Of a DNA stretch of 32,000 bases, positions 1 through 8,566 are shown piece by piece. Every line of letters starts with the position of its first letter. Position 1 is the stretch's first letter. The position numbers were made by a program, and so were the translations under genes. The notes beneath the pieces are model-generated. The model had not been told where the DNA came from. It searched no databases and was given only the letters and a program-made list of their open reading frames with translations. Location of the stretch: contig NC_010814.1 of the NCBI RefSeq assembly GCF_000020385.1, positions 2,460,001-2,492,000 on the forward strand, written 5' to 3'. The stretch is from Trichlorobacter lovleyi SZ. GTDB lineage: Bacteria; Desulfobacterota; Desulfuromonadia; Geobacterales; Pseudopelobacteraceae.

Positions 1-47
1 GAACAGACCACGTCCTTCATGTATTGGTGTACCGCCCAGGTACTGTT

Positions 48-75
48 GCCGTCCCCTCCGGGGGGCGGCTTTTTT
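48..75 (+). terminator. Rho-independent terminator of an off-window upstream + strand gene
   Basis: GCCGTCCCC (48-56) pairs with GGGGGCGGC (60-68) with one G-U pair. Loop is TCC, followed by T-run 70-75. Confidence 0.6.
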
Positions 76-185
76 CTGCGAACCTGACTATTTCGCGCGT
101 AGTTGAGGGAGAACAGACGGCCGGTTACACAAAGAGAACGCCGTGAAATGGAAGTAGTAGTACGTCTGTTTCGGAAAGGAACGGC

Positions 186-2225
186 ATGCTGAAACGCAAT
201 ATCAGGAGGCAGGTACTGGTTCCACTGTCACTTACCTTCATCATCCTCACCATCTCGTTTATCTACACCAGCTACCGAATCAGGATGGATGATTATGAGC
301 GGGGGATCGCGCACCGTTATAAGCGGGTCCAACATATCCTGAAAAGTCTGATTGGCGACCGGACACGTTTCATGACCTCCTCAATCGCCTTCATCGCTGA
401 GCAGCAGCAGTTCCAGGATGCCATGCGCAGCAAAGACCGCCAGGCACTCCTGCAGCTCGGTCATCCCATACTCAAACGGCTCTTCAGCCAGCAGCAGATC
501 ACCCATTTCTATTTTTATGACCCAAACGGGGCGATTATCCTGCGGGTCTATGACCCGCAGGACACCAGCGCCTCTCCGATGCGACATACCCGTCAGCAGG
601 CAATGGTGCGGGGTGAAACCGTTTCCGGACTTGAACTGGGCCGGAACGGCACCTTCACCCTGCGGGTTGTGTATCCCTGGAAAGTGCATGGTAAACTGAT
701 CGGCTATATCGAATTGGGCCAGGAGTATGACCACATCCTGCAGGAATTACGAGCGGTCACCCTGATTGATTTTACCGTGGCTCTGGACAAAAAGCAGCTT
801 GACCGTGAGTCCTGGGAACACGGCATGAAGCTGCTGGGACGTCCTGCAGACTGGAATCTTCTTCAAGATCGGGTCTTGAGTGATCAGACGGTCACCCTCC
901 CACCCACTGCTATTGCAGCGCTGCTTGAAACGGGCAAAGGGGAAGAGAAACAAACACAGCAGATCAAGATCAAAAATAGAACCTACGGGGCACGTTCGTT
1001 TCCGTTGCAGGACATCGTTCAAAAAGAGGTCGGCCGGTTTATCCTGATCACCGACCTGACCGACAGCATAGCCTCATTTCGCCTCTTCATAACACAGATC
1101 CTTGCCTTCAGCCTGTTGGTATGCGCCGGATTGTTCACCTACTCCTACCGTTTGCTGGGCCAGGTGGATCAACACCTCAGAGAAAACCGGGAACAGCTTA
1201 ACCGGGAGCTGGAGCAGCGGGCTGAGACCAACAGACAACTTGAGGCGGAGGTTGACGAGCGGCAGCGGGCCGAGGCGAATCTGGTCACCCTGAACGAGCA
1301 GCTTGAGCAACGGGTGCTGGACCGGACGACGCAGTTGAATCAGCTGAACCGGCACCTTGAGACCAGCCGCAGCGAACTGGAGGAGGCCTGCAGAAACCTC
1401 CAGTCGCAGCAGGCAACCATCCTGCAGCAGGACCGGATGGCCTGCATCGGACAACTGGCAGCCAGCGTGGCCCATGACATCAACAATCCGATCGGCTTCG
1501 TCTATGGCAACCTGGAGGTCCTGAAAAACTACTGGGGCAAGCTTGCAACCTTTCTGGCCGAGCAGGACACGCTGCTGGCATCCTTGCTGTCTCCCGAACA
1601 GCTGCGCCATACAGCAGAGCGTCGCCAGGCCCTGAAGGTGGATTACGTACTGAATGAGTTTAATGCCGTGCTTGATGAATCACTTGAAGGAGCGGAACGG
1701 GTCAACCGGATTGTGCTGAACCTGAAAGGGTTTTCACGTCTTGACGAGAAGGAGGCCCGTCTGGCCGATATTCACGACTGCCTGGAAAGCACACTGAATA
1801 TCGTGCGGAATGAACTGCGCTACAAGGCCGATATCAAAAGGGAGTACGGGGATATCCCCCGCCTGGTCTGTTATCCCCAGCAACTGAATCAGGTCTTTAT
1901 GAATCTGCTGATCAACGCCTCACAGGCCATTGAAAACTGGGGCGAGATCACCATCCGTACCTGGACGGACCGGAAGAATGTCTTTGTCGCCATAGGTGAC
2001 ACCGGCTGTGGTATTCCCGCCCAGAACCTTCAGCGCCTGTTTGAGCCGTTTTTTACCACCAAGGGATCCGGTGTAGGGACCGGTCTCGGCTTATCAATCG
2101 CCTACGAGATCATCAAGAAACATCACGGCGAAATAACGGTAACAAGCCGGCCGGGCAGCGGGACAGTGTTTACCCTGCGACTGCCGCTGGAACAAGCCGC
2201 CCAAGGGGAGGAAAGCCATGTCTGA
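186..2225 (+). CDS. Membrane sensor histidine kinase with two TM segments flanking a ~270 aa extracytoplasmic domain, a coiled coil, and HisKA plus HATPase domains
   Basis: 679 aa ORF. N-terminal TM is VLVPLSLTFIILTISFIY and second TM is ILAFSLLVCAGLFTY. Has a long EQ/R-rich coiled coil, H-box AASVAHDINNPIGF, N-box MNLLINASQA, G1 DTGCGI and G2 GTGLGLS. GGAAAGGA lies upstream of ATG 186. Confidence 0.9.
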   Translation: MLKRNIRRQVLVPLSLTFIILTISFIYTSYRIRMDDYERGIAHRYKRVQHILKSLIGDRTRFMTSSIAFIAEQQQFQDAMRSKDRQALLQLGHPILKRLFSQQQITHFYFYDPNGAIILRVYDPQDTSASPMRHTRQQAMVRGETVSGLELGRNGTFTLRVVYPWKVHGKLIGYIELGQEYDHILQELRAVTLIDFTVALDKKQLDRESWEHGMKLLGRPADWNLLQDRVLSDQTVTLPPTAIAALLETGKGEEKQTQQIKIKNRTYGARSFPLQDIVQKEVGRFILITDLTDSIASFRLFITQILAFSLLVCAGLFTYSYRLLGQVDQHLRENREQLNRELEQRAETNRQLEAEVDERQRAEANLVTLNEQLEQRVLDRTTQLNQLNRHLETSRSELEEACRNLQSQQATILQQDRMACIGQLAASVAHDINNPIGFVYGNLEVLKNYWGKLATFLAEQDTLLASLLSPEQLRHTAERRQALKVDYVLNEFNAVLDESLEGAERVNRIVLNLKGFSRLDEKEARLADIHDCLESTLNIVRNELRYKADIKREYGDIPRLVCYPQQLNQVFMNLLINASQAIENWGEITIRTWTDRKNVFVAIGDTGCGIPAQNLQRLFEPFFTTKGSGVGTGLGLSIAYEIIKKHHGEITVTSRPGSGTVFTLRLPLEQAAQGEESHV

Positions 2226-2628
2226 GCCGATCCGCATTCTCTGTGTGGATGACGAGGTCAACATCCTGAATGTCATCCGCAGACAGCTGTGCGACCTGGA
2301 TGTGGAGCTGCATCCGGCTTTATCAGCAGAAGAAGGATTACGGTTTTTGATGCATACGCAACCGGTACAGGTGGTCATTTCCGATTACCGCCTGCCGGGC
2401 ATGAACGGGATCGATTTTCTGAAAAAAGTTGCCACGGAATGGCCTGCTGTAACCGGGATCCTGTTATCCGGCTTTGCAGACCTTGAAGTGGTGCAGGACG
2501 CACTGGAACAGGGCAGACTGCTGGCCGTGCTGCACAAACCGTGGAAGGCAGAGGAGCTGCAAAAGCTGATTTCCGAAGCTGCCGGGAGGTCGGCCAAACG
2601 AACGTTGAGCGAGGTGGAACCATCATGA
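2218..2628 (+). CDS. Stand-alone response regulator receiver (CheY-like)
   Basis: 136 aa with ILCVDDE acidic pocket, phospho-acceptor context VVISDYRLPGMNG and HKPW motif. Overlaps the kinase stop by 8 nt, suggesting translational coupling. Confidence 0.85.
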   Translation: MSEPIRILCVDDEVNILNVIRRQLCDLDVELHPALSAEEGLRFLMHTQPVQVVISDYRLPGMNGIDFLKKVATEWPAVTGILLSGFADLEVVQDALEQGRLLAVLHKPWKAEELQKLISEAAGRSAKRTLSEVEPS

Positions 2629-3983
2629 CCCCCCAAAAATGCCGAGTCCTGTATGTTGATGACGAACCGGCCTATGGACGGCTCTTTTCCCGCGGGATGG
2701 AAGACGATGACCGCTTCAGCATTATTACTGCAACCAGTGGCGAAGAGGCCTTGCGCATCCTGCAGGACTGTCCCGTCCAGATCGTCTTGACCGACCTGTT
2801 GATGCCGCGCATGGATGGCCTGCATCTGCTGGAAGAGATCAAGCGCTGCTGGCCCGCCATCTTTGTCCTGATGTTGACCGGCGTTGACTCCGCCGACAAG
2901 GCGGTGAAGGCGATGAAGGCAGGTGCCTACGATTACATCCTGAAGCCGCTTGATATCGCCATGGTACGGCTGCAACTGGGAAAAATCCTGCAGCACCGCC
3001 AACTGCTGCAGGACACCCTGCCGCCTGCCGGTGACGACTACCGCTTTGAAAACATGGTCGGTAAGGATCCGATCATGTTTAAGCTCTTTGAAAAGATCCA
3101 ACAGGTGGCCCAAAGCGAAGCAACGGTCTTGATCTGCGGTGAAAGCGGCACCGGCAAGGAACTGATTGCCGAGGCGATCCACGCCAGAAGCCGGCGCTGC
3201 GACAAACCATTCGTGCGGGTCAACTGCGCTGCATTGACCGAATCCCTGATCAGCAGCGCCCTGTTCGGCCATGAAAAAGGTGCCTTTACCGGTGCAGCGA
3301 CACAAAAAACCGGTTTTTTTGAATACGCCTCCAAGGGGACCATCTTCCTGGATGAGATCGGGGATATTCCGGTTCAGACACAGGTGGCGCTGTTGCGGGT
3401 GCTTGAGATGGGCAGCTTTCAACGGGTGGGCGGCACAGAGACGATCAATGTGGATGTCAGGGTAATCTGTGCCACCAATCAGGATATGTCAGCGGCGGTC
3501 AAGGAAAAAACGTTTCGCGAAGACCTGTACTACCGGATCAATGTTGTCTCGCTGGCAGCTCCGGCGCTCAGAGAGCGTAAATCGGACATCCCGCTGCTGG
3601 CACATTTCTTTCTTGAACTGTATCAGCGCAAATCAGCCAAAACGATTTCCGGCTTCAGCGGGCCTGCCCTGACCCGGTTGTGTAACTATCACTGGCCCGG
3701 CAATGTGCGTCAACTGGCAAACAGTATTGAACGGGCGGTTATTTTCTGCCAGGGCCGTCAGATTCTGCCGGAGCATCTGCCGGACGAACTGCACAACGAG
3801 TCGGAACATGATTTTTCACTGACGCTGCATGACAGCTCACTGGCCTCGGTTGAGGAATCCTTGATCCGGACCGTGCTTGAAGAAAAGCACTGGCACCTCA
3901 GCCACGCTGCCGAGGCCCTTGGCATTGCCCGCGGCACACTCTACAGCAAGATGGAACGCTACCATATTCAAAAGGATTCCTGA
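2625..3983 (+). CDS. Sigma-54-dependent response regulator (NtrC-family enhancer-binding protein)
   Basis: The tracked ORF starts at 2541, but ATG 2625 forms an ATGA overlap with the preceding stop. It gives MTPQKCRVLYVDDE, a receiver domain. Also has Walker A GESGTGKE, the GAFTGA signature (EKGAFTGA) and a C-terminal Fis-type HTH (HAAEALGIARGTLYSKM). Confidence 0.9.
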   Translation: MTPQKCRVLYVDDEPAYGRLFSRGMEDDDRFSIITATSGEEALRILQDCPVQIVLTDLLMPRMDGLHLLEEIKRCWPAIFVLMLTGVDSADKAVKAMKAGAYDYILKPLDIAMVRLQLGKILQHRQLLQDTLPPAGDDYRFENMVGKDPIMFKLFEKIQQVAQSEATVLICGESGTGKELIAEAIHARSRRCDKPFVRVNCAALTESLISSALFGHEKGAFTGAATQKTGFFEYASKGTIFLDEIGDIPVQTQVALLRVLEMGSFQRVGGTETINVDVRVICATNQDMSAAVKEKTFREDLYYRINVVSLAAPALRERKSDIPLLAHFFLELYQRKSAKTISGFSGPALTRLCNYHWPGNVRQLANSIERAVIFCQGRQILPEHLPDELHNESEHDFSLTLHDSSLASVEESLIRTVLEEKHWHLSHAAEALGIARGTLYSKMERYHIQKDS

Positions 3984-4226
3984 CACCGCAGTATTGATGC
4001 ATGTCACCGTTTTTTCATCCGCGGCCTGACCGGACGGCAGGCCGCCCTGTCCCTATCGCCGGATTTCGAACAAAACTGCAATTAGCTCATTAATCAAAAT
4101 ATATCAGTACGTTAAAACAACAATTGACAAGACGGACACCTGTCTTTCGCCGGATAGCTCACATTTCTTCACCGCCGGACCGTCCTCAAAGCACATTACC
4201 ATCTGATATCACTAAGCTTTTATTCG

Positions 4227-4242
4227 TGGCACAGGCGTTGCT
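4227..4242 (+). promoter_or_regulatory. Sigma-54 (-24/-12) promoter for the decaheme cytochrome gene
   Basis: TGGCAC (4227-4232), N5 (aggcg), TTGC (4238-4241) is an exact match to TGGCAC-N5-TTGC. It lies ~90 nt upstream of ATG 4334 and directly downstream of a sigma-54 activator gene. Confidence 0.8.
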
Positions 4243-4333
4243 AGGTCATTTGCATAATGAAAGTGCAGCTACGCACCTGAGCAGAGACAGACTTCACACG
4301 ATGAAGGCACCAGCAACGAAAGGAGAGTATTGC

Positions 4334-6763
4334 ATGCAGATCAGGTTTTTAAAAAGTTTACTGGTAATGGCGGCAGCTGCATCCCTGTTTAGCGGATGTA
4401 GCGGATCAGGCGGAGGTGGCGGCACCCCTTCCAATCCCACCGCGACGGTAGTTGACGCCTCCACCTTAACCACGACAGAATGGGCCGGTCTTTCTCTGCA
4501 GGGAGAGATTATCGGTACGCCAACCATCAACAGTCCGCCGGTTGTCAAGTTCAGGATCACCGACGCCAACGGCAACCCGCTGAAGGGACTCGGATTTACG
4601 TCCCAAAGCGCCACTGCCACCGTACCCAGCTATCCCAACCTGGCCTTCTATCTGTCTAAACTGGTTCCCGGCACCAACGGCAGTCCCAGCAAATGGGTCA
4701 GCTATCTCGTCACCACCGTGCCGACCTACAAAAGTGCCACCGACAAGACAATTGTACCGGTCACCGCCACCCGCCCCACCAGCGACGCCCAGGGTACGCT
4801 GCTGGACAATGGTGACGGTACCTATCAGTACACCTTCTACCGCGATATCACCAAGGTCAAGGACGTGGTTGCCGGGCTTACCCTGACCGCTCCGAACTCT
4901 GCCGCAGACCTGGGCGACCTGACCTATAACCCGAACCTGACCCACCGCCTGGTAATTCAGGTGTATGGCGCAGCACGCGGCACCGGCAGAAACACCGCCG
5001 ACGGCAGCACCTCGCCGACTGCCGCCGTCAACGTGGCCAAAGCAGTCAACCTCGTCTACGACTTTATTCCTGCAACCGGCAAGGCTGTGACCAACGCCAA
5101 CACCCAGCGCGATATTACCTTGACCGCCAAGTGCAACGAGTGCCACGATCAGATCGGCACCACCACCCCCCACGGCGGCCGGATTGATACCCGAACCTGC
5201 GTACTCTGTCACAATGACCAGCGTAAGTTCGGCCGCACCAATGTGGCCTCGGTTAACGGTGTCTTTGCCACTGCAGCAAACGGTTATCTGCTTGACGGTG
5301 AAACCCAGGGCGACTTCCCGGTCTTTATTCACAAGATCCATGCCGGCAACTCAAAGGCGCTCACCAAATCGGGAGTCGGCTATAACTACGCCGATTCCGC
5401 AGAGTTCCAATACAGATTAAAGAAGTATCCCCAGACCGTCCTGAACTGCACCAAGTGCCACGAAAATTCGGCTGCTGCTCCCCAGGGGGACAACTGGAAG
5501 ACCGCCCCGAGCCGTCTGGCCTGCGGTTCCTGTCATGACGGCATCAACTTCGCCACCGGTGTTGGCCACATTGCCCAGAGCAGTGATGCAAACTGCAAAA
5601 CCTGCCATGATCCGGGAACAGCTATTGACCACGTGGCAGCCCACAAGGCAAAAGTCACCTCAAATCAGGATGCAACCCTGCGCACCATGAGTGCACAGAT
5701 TCTCGGCGTGACGGTTGCCGCAGACGGCAAGGTGACCGCGAACTTCAGGGTCACCGATAACGGTGTTGCCGTTACCTCACTGACGAAATTCACCAGACCA
5801 ACCTTCATTCTTGACAAACTGGTCAAGGGAACGGACGGAACACTGAGATGGGTCGGTTATACCAACCAGTACAACACCAAACTCTACAACGGTTCTGCCA
5901 TTGCGCCGGTACTACAGACCAAAGGTGAATCCTACAGCACCTCCGTAACGCCGAATGACCGCAACTACGGCACGCTGGTCGCCAATACCGACGGCACCTT
6001 CAGCTACACCTTTAAACTGAACGGCGCTGAACCGGAAGGCGATATCAGGAACGTCAACCACGCCCACAACGTTGGTACACCGGCCGGTTCCATCTACAAC
6101 AGCAATACCGGTAACGCCGAGTGGCTCTTTGCAAATCCGCTCTACTATCCCGCCGGAAAGATCACCTATGAGCCAACCAAGACCCATCGTGTGGCAATGA
6201 CCTTCAGCAAGGCCTATGTCGCCCCCGAGACCGCACCGGCAACCGGCGCACCCGGCGTTAACGCCTGGTATGACTTTGTACCGGCCGGTGGCGCGGTAAC
6301 GGAAACCCGCGATATCGTCAAGATGAATGATTGCGCCAAGTGCCATGCCAATCAAAAACTGCATGCCGCCTTTGACATTCAGGTATGTGTAACCTGCCAT
6401 GATCCGAGTAAGGATCCGGGCACGGGCGAGTCGGTTGCACTTGAGTACATGATTCACAAGCTGCATATGGGCAAAAACCTGCCCAGCGTGCTGGCAGGCG
6501 GGAAATACGTGGTCAACGTCAACCATGATTACAGCACGGCAGCCTTCCCCGGCATCATTAAAAACTGCCAGTCCTGCCACGTTGAAACCGGCAACGCAAA
6601 CGGTGCCAACTGGCGGACCAACCCGACTGCCAGTGCCTGTGGAACCTGCCATGACAGCACCAATACGCTGGCCGGCCATATCAATGTTGCACAATTTGCC
6701 AACAACTGCGCTTCCTGCCACGGCAGCGGCGCAGCGAAAGACACCCGGGTAGTACATCAGTAG
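4334..6763 (+). CDS. Lipoprotein decaheme c-type cytochrome with MtrC/OmcA-like (beta-domain + pentaheme) x2 architecture
   Basis: Start chosen at ATG 4334 with AAAGGAGAG upstream. Signal peptide is MQIRFLKSLLVMAAAASLFSGC, with lipobox LFSGC followed by a Gly-rich linker. Ten CXXCH motifs: CNECH, CVLCH, CTKCH, CGSCH, CKTCH, then CAKCH, CVTCH, CQSCH, CGTCH, CASCH. The two halves are clear paralogs. Confidence 0.9.
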   Translation: MQIRFLKSLLVMAAAASLFSGCSGSGGGGGTPSNPTATVVDASTLTTTEWAGLSLQGEIIGTPTINSPPVVKFRITDANGNPLKGLGFTSQSATATVPSYPNLAFYLSKLVPGTNGSPSKWVSYLVTTVPTYKSATDKTIVPVTATRPTSDAQGTLLDNGDGTYQYTFYRDITKVKDVVAGLTLTAPNSAADLGDLTYNPNLTHRLVIQVYGAARGTGRNTADGSTSPTAAVNVAKAVNLVYDFIPATGKAVTNANTQRDITLTAKCNECHDQIGTTTPHGGRIDTRTCVLCHNDQRKFGRTNVASVNGVFATAANGYLLDGETQGDFPVFIHKIHAGNSKALTKSGVGYNYADSAEFQYRLKKYPQTVLNCTKCHENSAAAPQGDNWKTAPSRLACGSCHDGINFATGVGHIAQSSDANCKTCHDPGTAIDHVAAHKAKVTSNQDATLRTMSAQILGVTVAADGKVTANFRVTDNGVAVTSLTKFTRPTFILDKLVKGTDGTLRWVGYTNQYNTKLYNGSAIAPVLQTKGESYSTSVTPNDRNYGTLVANTDGTFSYTFKLNGAEPEGDIRNVNHAHNVGTPAGSIYNSNTGNAEWLFANPLYYPAGKITYEPTKTHRVAMTFSKAYVAPETAPATGAPGVNAWYDFVPAGGAVTETRDIVKMNDCAKCHANQKLHAAFDIQVCVTCHDPSKDPGTGESVALEYMIHKLHMGKNLPSVLAGGKYVVNVNHDYSTAAFPGIIKNCQSCHVETGNANGANWRTNPTASACGTCHDSTNTLAGHINVAQFANNCASCHGSGAAKDTRVVHQ

Positions 6764-6779
6764 TCCGGCAGCAACACTG

Positions 6780-6815
6780 CCGGTCAGGTGCAACGCCTGA
6801 CCGGCGGTTTGTTTG
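6780..6815 (+). terminator. Putative terminator hairpin after the cytochrome gene
   Basis: CCGGTCAGG (6780-6788) pairs with CCTGACCGG (6796-6804), followed by CGGTTTGTTTG. Its 5' arm overlaps the 3' arm of a preceding hairpin (6765-6783). Confidence 0.45.
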
Positions 6816-6863
6816 TACACGCATTTCTCCTCCTTTGCTGCAGTGCTGAAGTGGTGCTGCCTG

Positions 6864-6892
6864 GCCGCCTTCTCCCGAGGGCGGCATTTTTT
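6864..6892 (+). terminator. Rho-independent terminator
   Basis: GCCGCC (6864-6869) pairs with GGCGGC (6880-6885). Loop is 10 nt, then ATTTTTT (T-run 6887-6892). Confidence 0.6.
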
Positions 6893-6932
6893 GTCAATCT
6901 GCTGAACGCCCCCTTTTAATCAGCCTTAGACA

Positions 6933-6961
6933 TTGTATTTACTGTCATTTTACAGTATAAA
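6933..6961 (+). promoter_or_regulatory. Putative sigma-70 promoter placed to give a leaderless gspA-like mRNA, with an embedded palindrome
   Basis: TTGTAT (6933-6938), 17-nt spacer, TATAAA (6956-6961). ATG 6968 is the 7th nt after the -10 and no Shine-Dalgarno is visible. The palindrome TACTGT-N6-ACAGTA spans 6940-6957. Confidence 0.4.
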
Positions 6962-6967
6962 AGCGGC

Positions 6968-8566
6968 ATGTACTGCACCTACTTCGGACTCAAAGAACGC
7001 CCCTTTACCCTTACCCCGAACCCGGATTTTATCTTTCTGGGCAAGGCCCATCAGGAGGCATTTGCCCATCTGCTCTACGGCATTGACCAAAAAGCCGGTT
7101 TTATCGCGTTAACCGGTGAAGTGGGAGCAGGCAAAACCACGGTCATCCGCACCCTGCTGACCCGGCTTACCCCTGAAACCCACGCCACAGCCCTGATCCT
7201 GAATCCGATGCTCTCTTCGCTCGGCCTCTTAAAGACGATCAACCGGGAATTCGGTATCTCGGATAGCGGTGAAGAGCCGGCTGAGCTGGTGGAAACACTG
7301 AACCAGTTTTTGCTGCAGCAGAAAGCGGCACACAAGACGGTGGTACTGGTTATTGATGAGGCCCAGGATATGGAGCCGGTGGTGCTGGAACAGGTCCGTC
7401 TGCTGTCGAACCTTGAGACCGCCACGGAGAAGCTGATCCAGATCATCCTGGTCGGCCAGCCGGAACTGGAAACGCTCCTGTCCCGCTCCGAACTTCGCCA
7501 GCTGAATCAACGGATTACCGTGCGCTATCATCTGACCCCCATGGATGCAGCAGATACACGCGACTACATCGCCCACCGCCTGAGGGTGGCCGGCGGCCCC
7601 CCTGAGATGATACGCTTCAGCACCGGCGCGGTGCAGACGATTCACCGCTTTGCCGGTGGACTGCCCCGCCTGGTGAATGCTGTTGCCGACCGCTGCCTCC
7701 TGATCGGCTATACTGCAGAGAGCCGCCAGATTGAAGCCGTCCAGGCCCGTCAGGCGATCTGCGAAGTGGCACCGGCCGAGGGGCGGCGCACCCGGCGGCG
7801 CACCCGGATTCTGGCTGCGGCCGTTGCCGCCCTCTTGCTGGGTGTTGCTGTGCTGGCCGGCATGGTTGCTACCCGTCCGGCTCCTGCCCCCCCGGCAGCA
7901 ACACCAGCCCCGCAACAGACCGCTACATCGTTAACCCGGCTGCTGCAACGACTTGATGAAGGCCGCAGCAATCTGGAGGCCTATCAGACCATTCTGAAGG
8001 CCTGGAATATCGCGCCGTCAGCAACGGTGCTCCCTATCGGCTCCCTTGAGCGGTCACTCAAACAGGCCGGCCTTGACATCTTTCGCTACACAGGAAATCT
8101 GGGGGGACTGGCGCGGATCGGCTATCCCGCGATCCTGGAACTGTCCCTGCCAAACAGCCAGAAGCGCTATCTGGTGTTTGGGGGTCTAACCAAAGAACTG
8201 GCTCTGGTTGCCACTGAGGCAGGCAGCTTGGCAGGGGTCTCGACCGCCGCGCTTGAACAGGTTTGGACCGGTCGTGCGCTGATCCCTTGGAAAAACATGT
8301 TGGGACTGCCGGTGCCGGTCCCGTACACGACCAACAACAGCCAGCGCGAGCTACTGGCACGCCTGCTGGTCTCGGCCGGGGCCTGGCCGCCAAACCAGCC
8401 GGTCATTACGGAGGGAGCGGTACGGGAAGCGCTTAAGACCTTTCAACAATCTCAAGGCCTTGAAGCAGCCGGAGTTGCCGGTGGACAGACTCTGCTGCTC
8501 CTGAACCGCCAGACACCTGACTTCAAGGTTCCAGTCCTGAAGAAAGCGGAGAGAACCGATCCATGA
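6968..8566 (+). CDS. gspA: ExeA/GspA-like AAA ATPase with C-terminal peptidoglycan-binding domain
   Basis: N-terminus MYCTYFGLKERPFTLTPNPDF is typical of the family. Has Walker A GEVGAGKTT, Walker B VLVIDEAQ, a TM segment ILAAAVAALLLGVAVLAGMV, and a C-terminal PG_binding-like segment VREALKTFQQSQGLEAAGVAGGQT. Confidence 0.8.
   Translation: MYCTYFGLKERPFTLTPNPDFIFLGKAHQEAFAHLLYGIDQKAGFIALTGEVGAGKTTVIRTLLTRLTPETHATALILNPMLSSLGLLKTINREFGISDSGEEPAELVETLNQFLLQQKAAHKTVVLVIDEAQDMEPVVLEQVRLLSNLETATEKLIQIILVGQPELETLLSRSELRQLNQRITVRYHLTPMDAADTRDYIAHRLRVAGGPPEMIRFSTGAVQTIHRFAGGLPRLVNAVADRCLLIGYTAESRQIEAVQARQAICEVAPAEGRRTRRRTRILAAAVAALLLGVAVLAGMVATRPAPAPPAATPAPQQTATSLTRLLQRLDEGRSNLEAYQTILKAWNIAPSATVLPIGSLERSLKQAGLDIFRYTGNLGGLARIGYPAILELSLPNSQKRYLVFGGLTKELALVATEAGSLAGVSTAALEQVWTGRALIPWKNMLGLPVPVPYTTNNSQRELLARLLVSAGAWPPNQPVITEGAVREALKTFQQSQGLEAAGVAGGQTLLLLNRQTPDFKVPVLKKAERTDP

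Noticed and set aside
1-172. GAACAGAC at 1-8 and 111-118, and the 8-bp inverted match AACAGACG (112-119) / CGTCTGTT (163-170) upstream of the kinase gene
   Set aside because: These are short matches with a 43-nt loop and are compatible with chance. There is no further support for a regulatory role.
2385-3422. Long antisense ORFs opposite real genes (2385-3422 -, 1074-1610 -, 4466-5341 -, 5912-6820 -, 7229-7915 -, 11521-12192 +, 20427-21527 +, 21980-22582 +, 23007-24009 +, 29814-30296 -)
   Set aside because: These are typical shadow ORFs of high-GC coding DNA. Their products are Arg/Gly/Pro/Ala-rich with no motifs. In each case the opposite strand carries a protein with clear family signatures or better start signals.
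4124-4333. N-terminal extension of the cytochrome ORF (start at 4124)
   Set aside because: The extension contains the sigma-54 promoter and has no signal peptide. ATG 4334 has a strong SD and is followed immediately by a lipoprotein signal peptide.
6681-6824. 47-aa Cys/Arg-rich minus-strand ORF (MRVQTNRRSG...) preceded by AAGGAGGAG
   Set aside because: It is antisense to the cytochrome 3' end and its terminator hairpins, with composition typical of out-of-frame high-GC sequence. The SD-like run may be fortuitous. It cannot be supported without expression data.
6940-6957. TACTGT-N6-ACAGTA as a LexA SOS box
   Set aside because: The E. coli-type box is CTGT-N8-ACAG, so the spacing here is wrong. 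The LexA motif reported for Geobacter-type organisms, as I recall, is a different GGTT...ACC pattern. It is kept only as a generic operator candidate.
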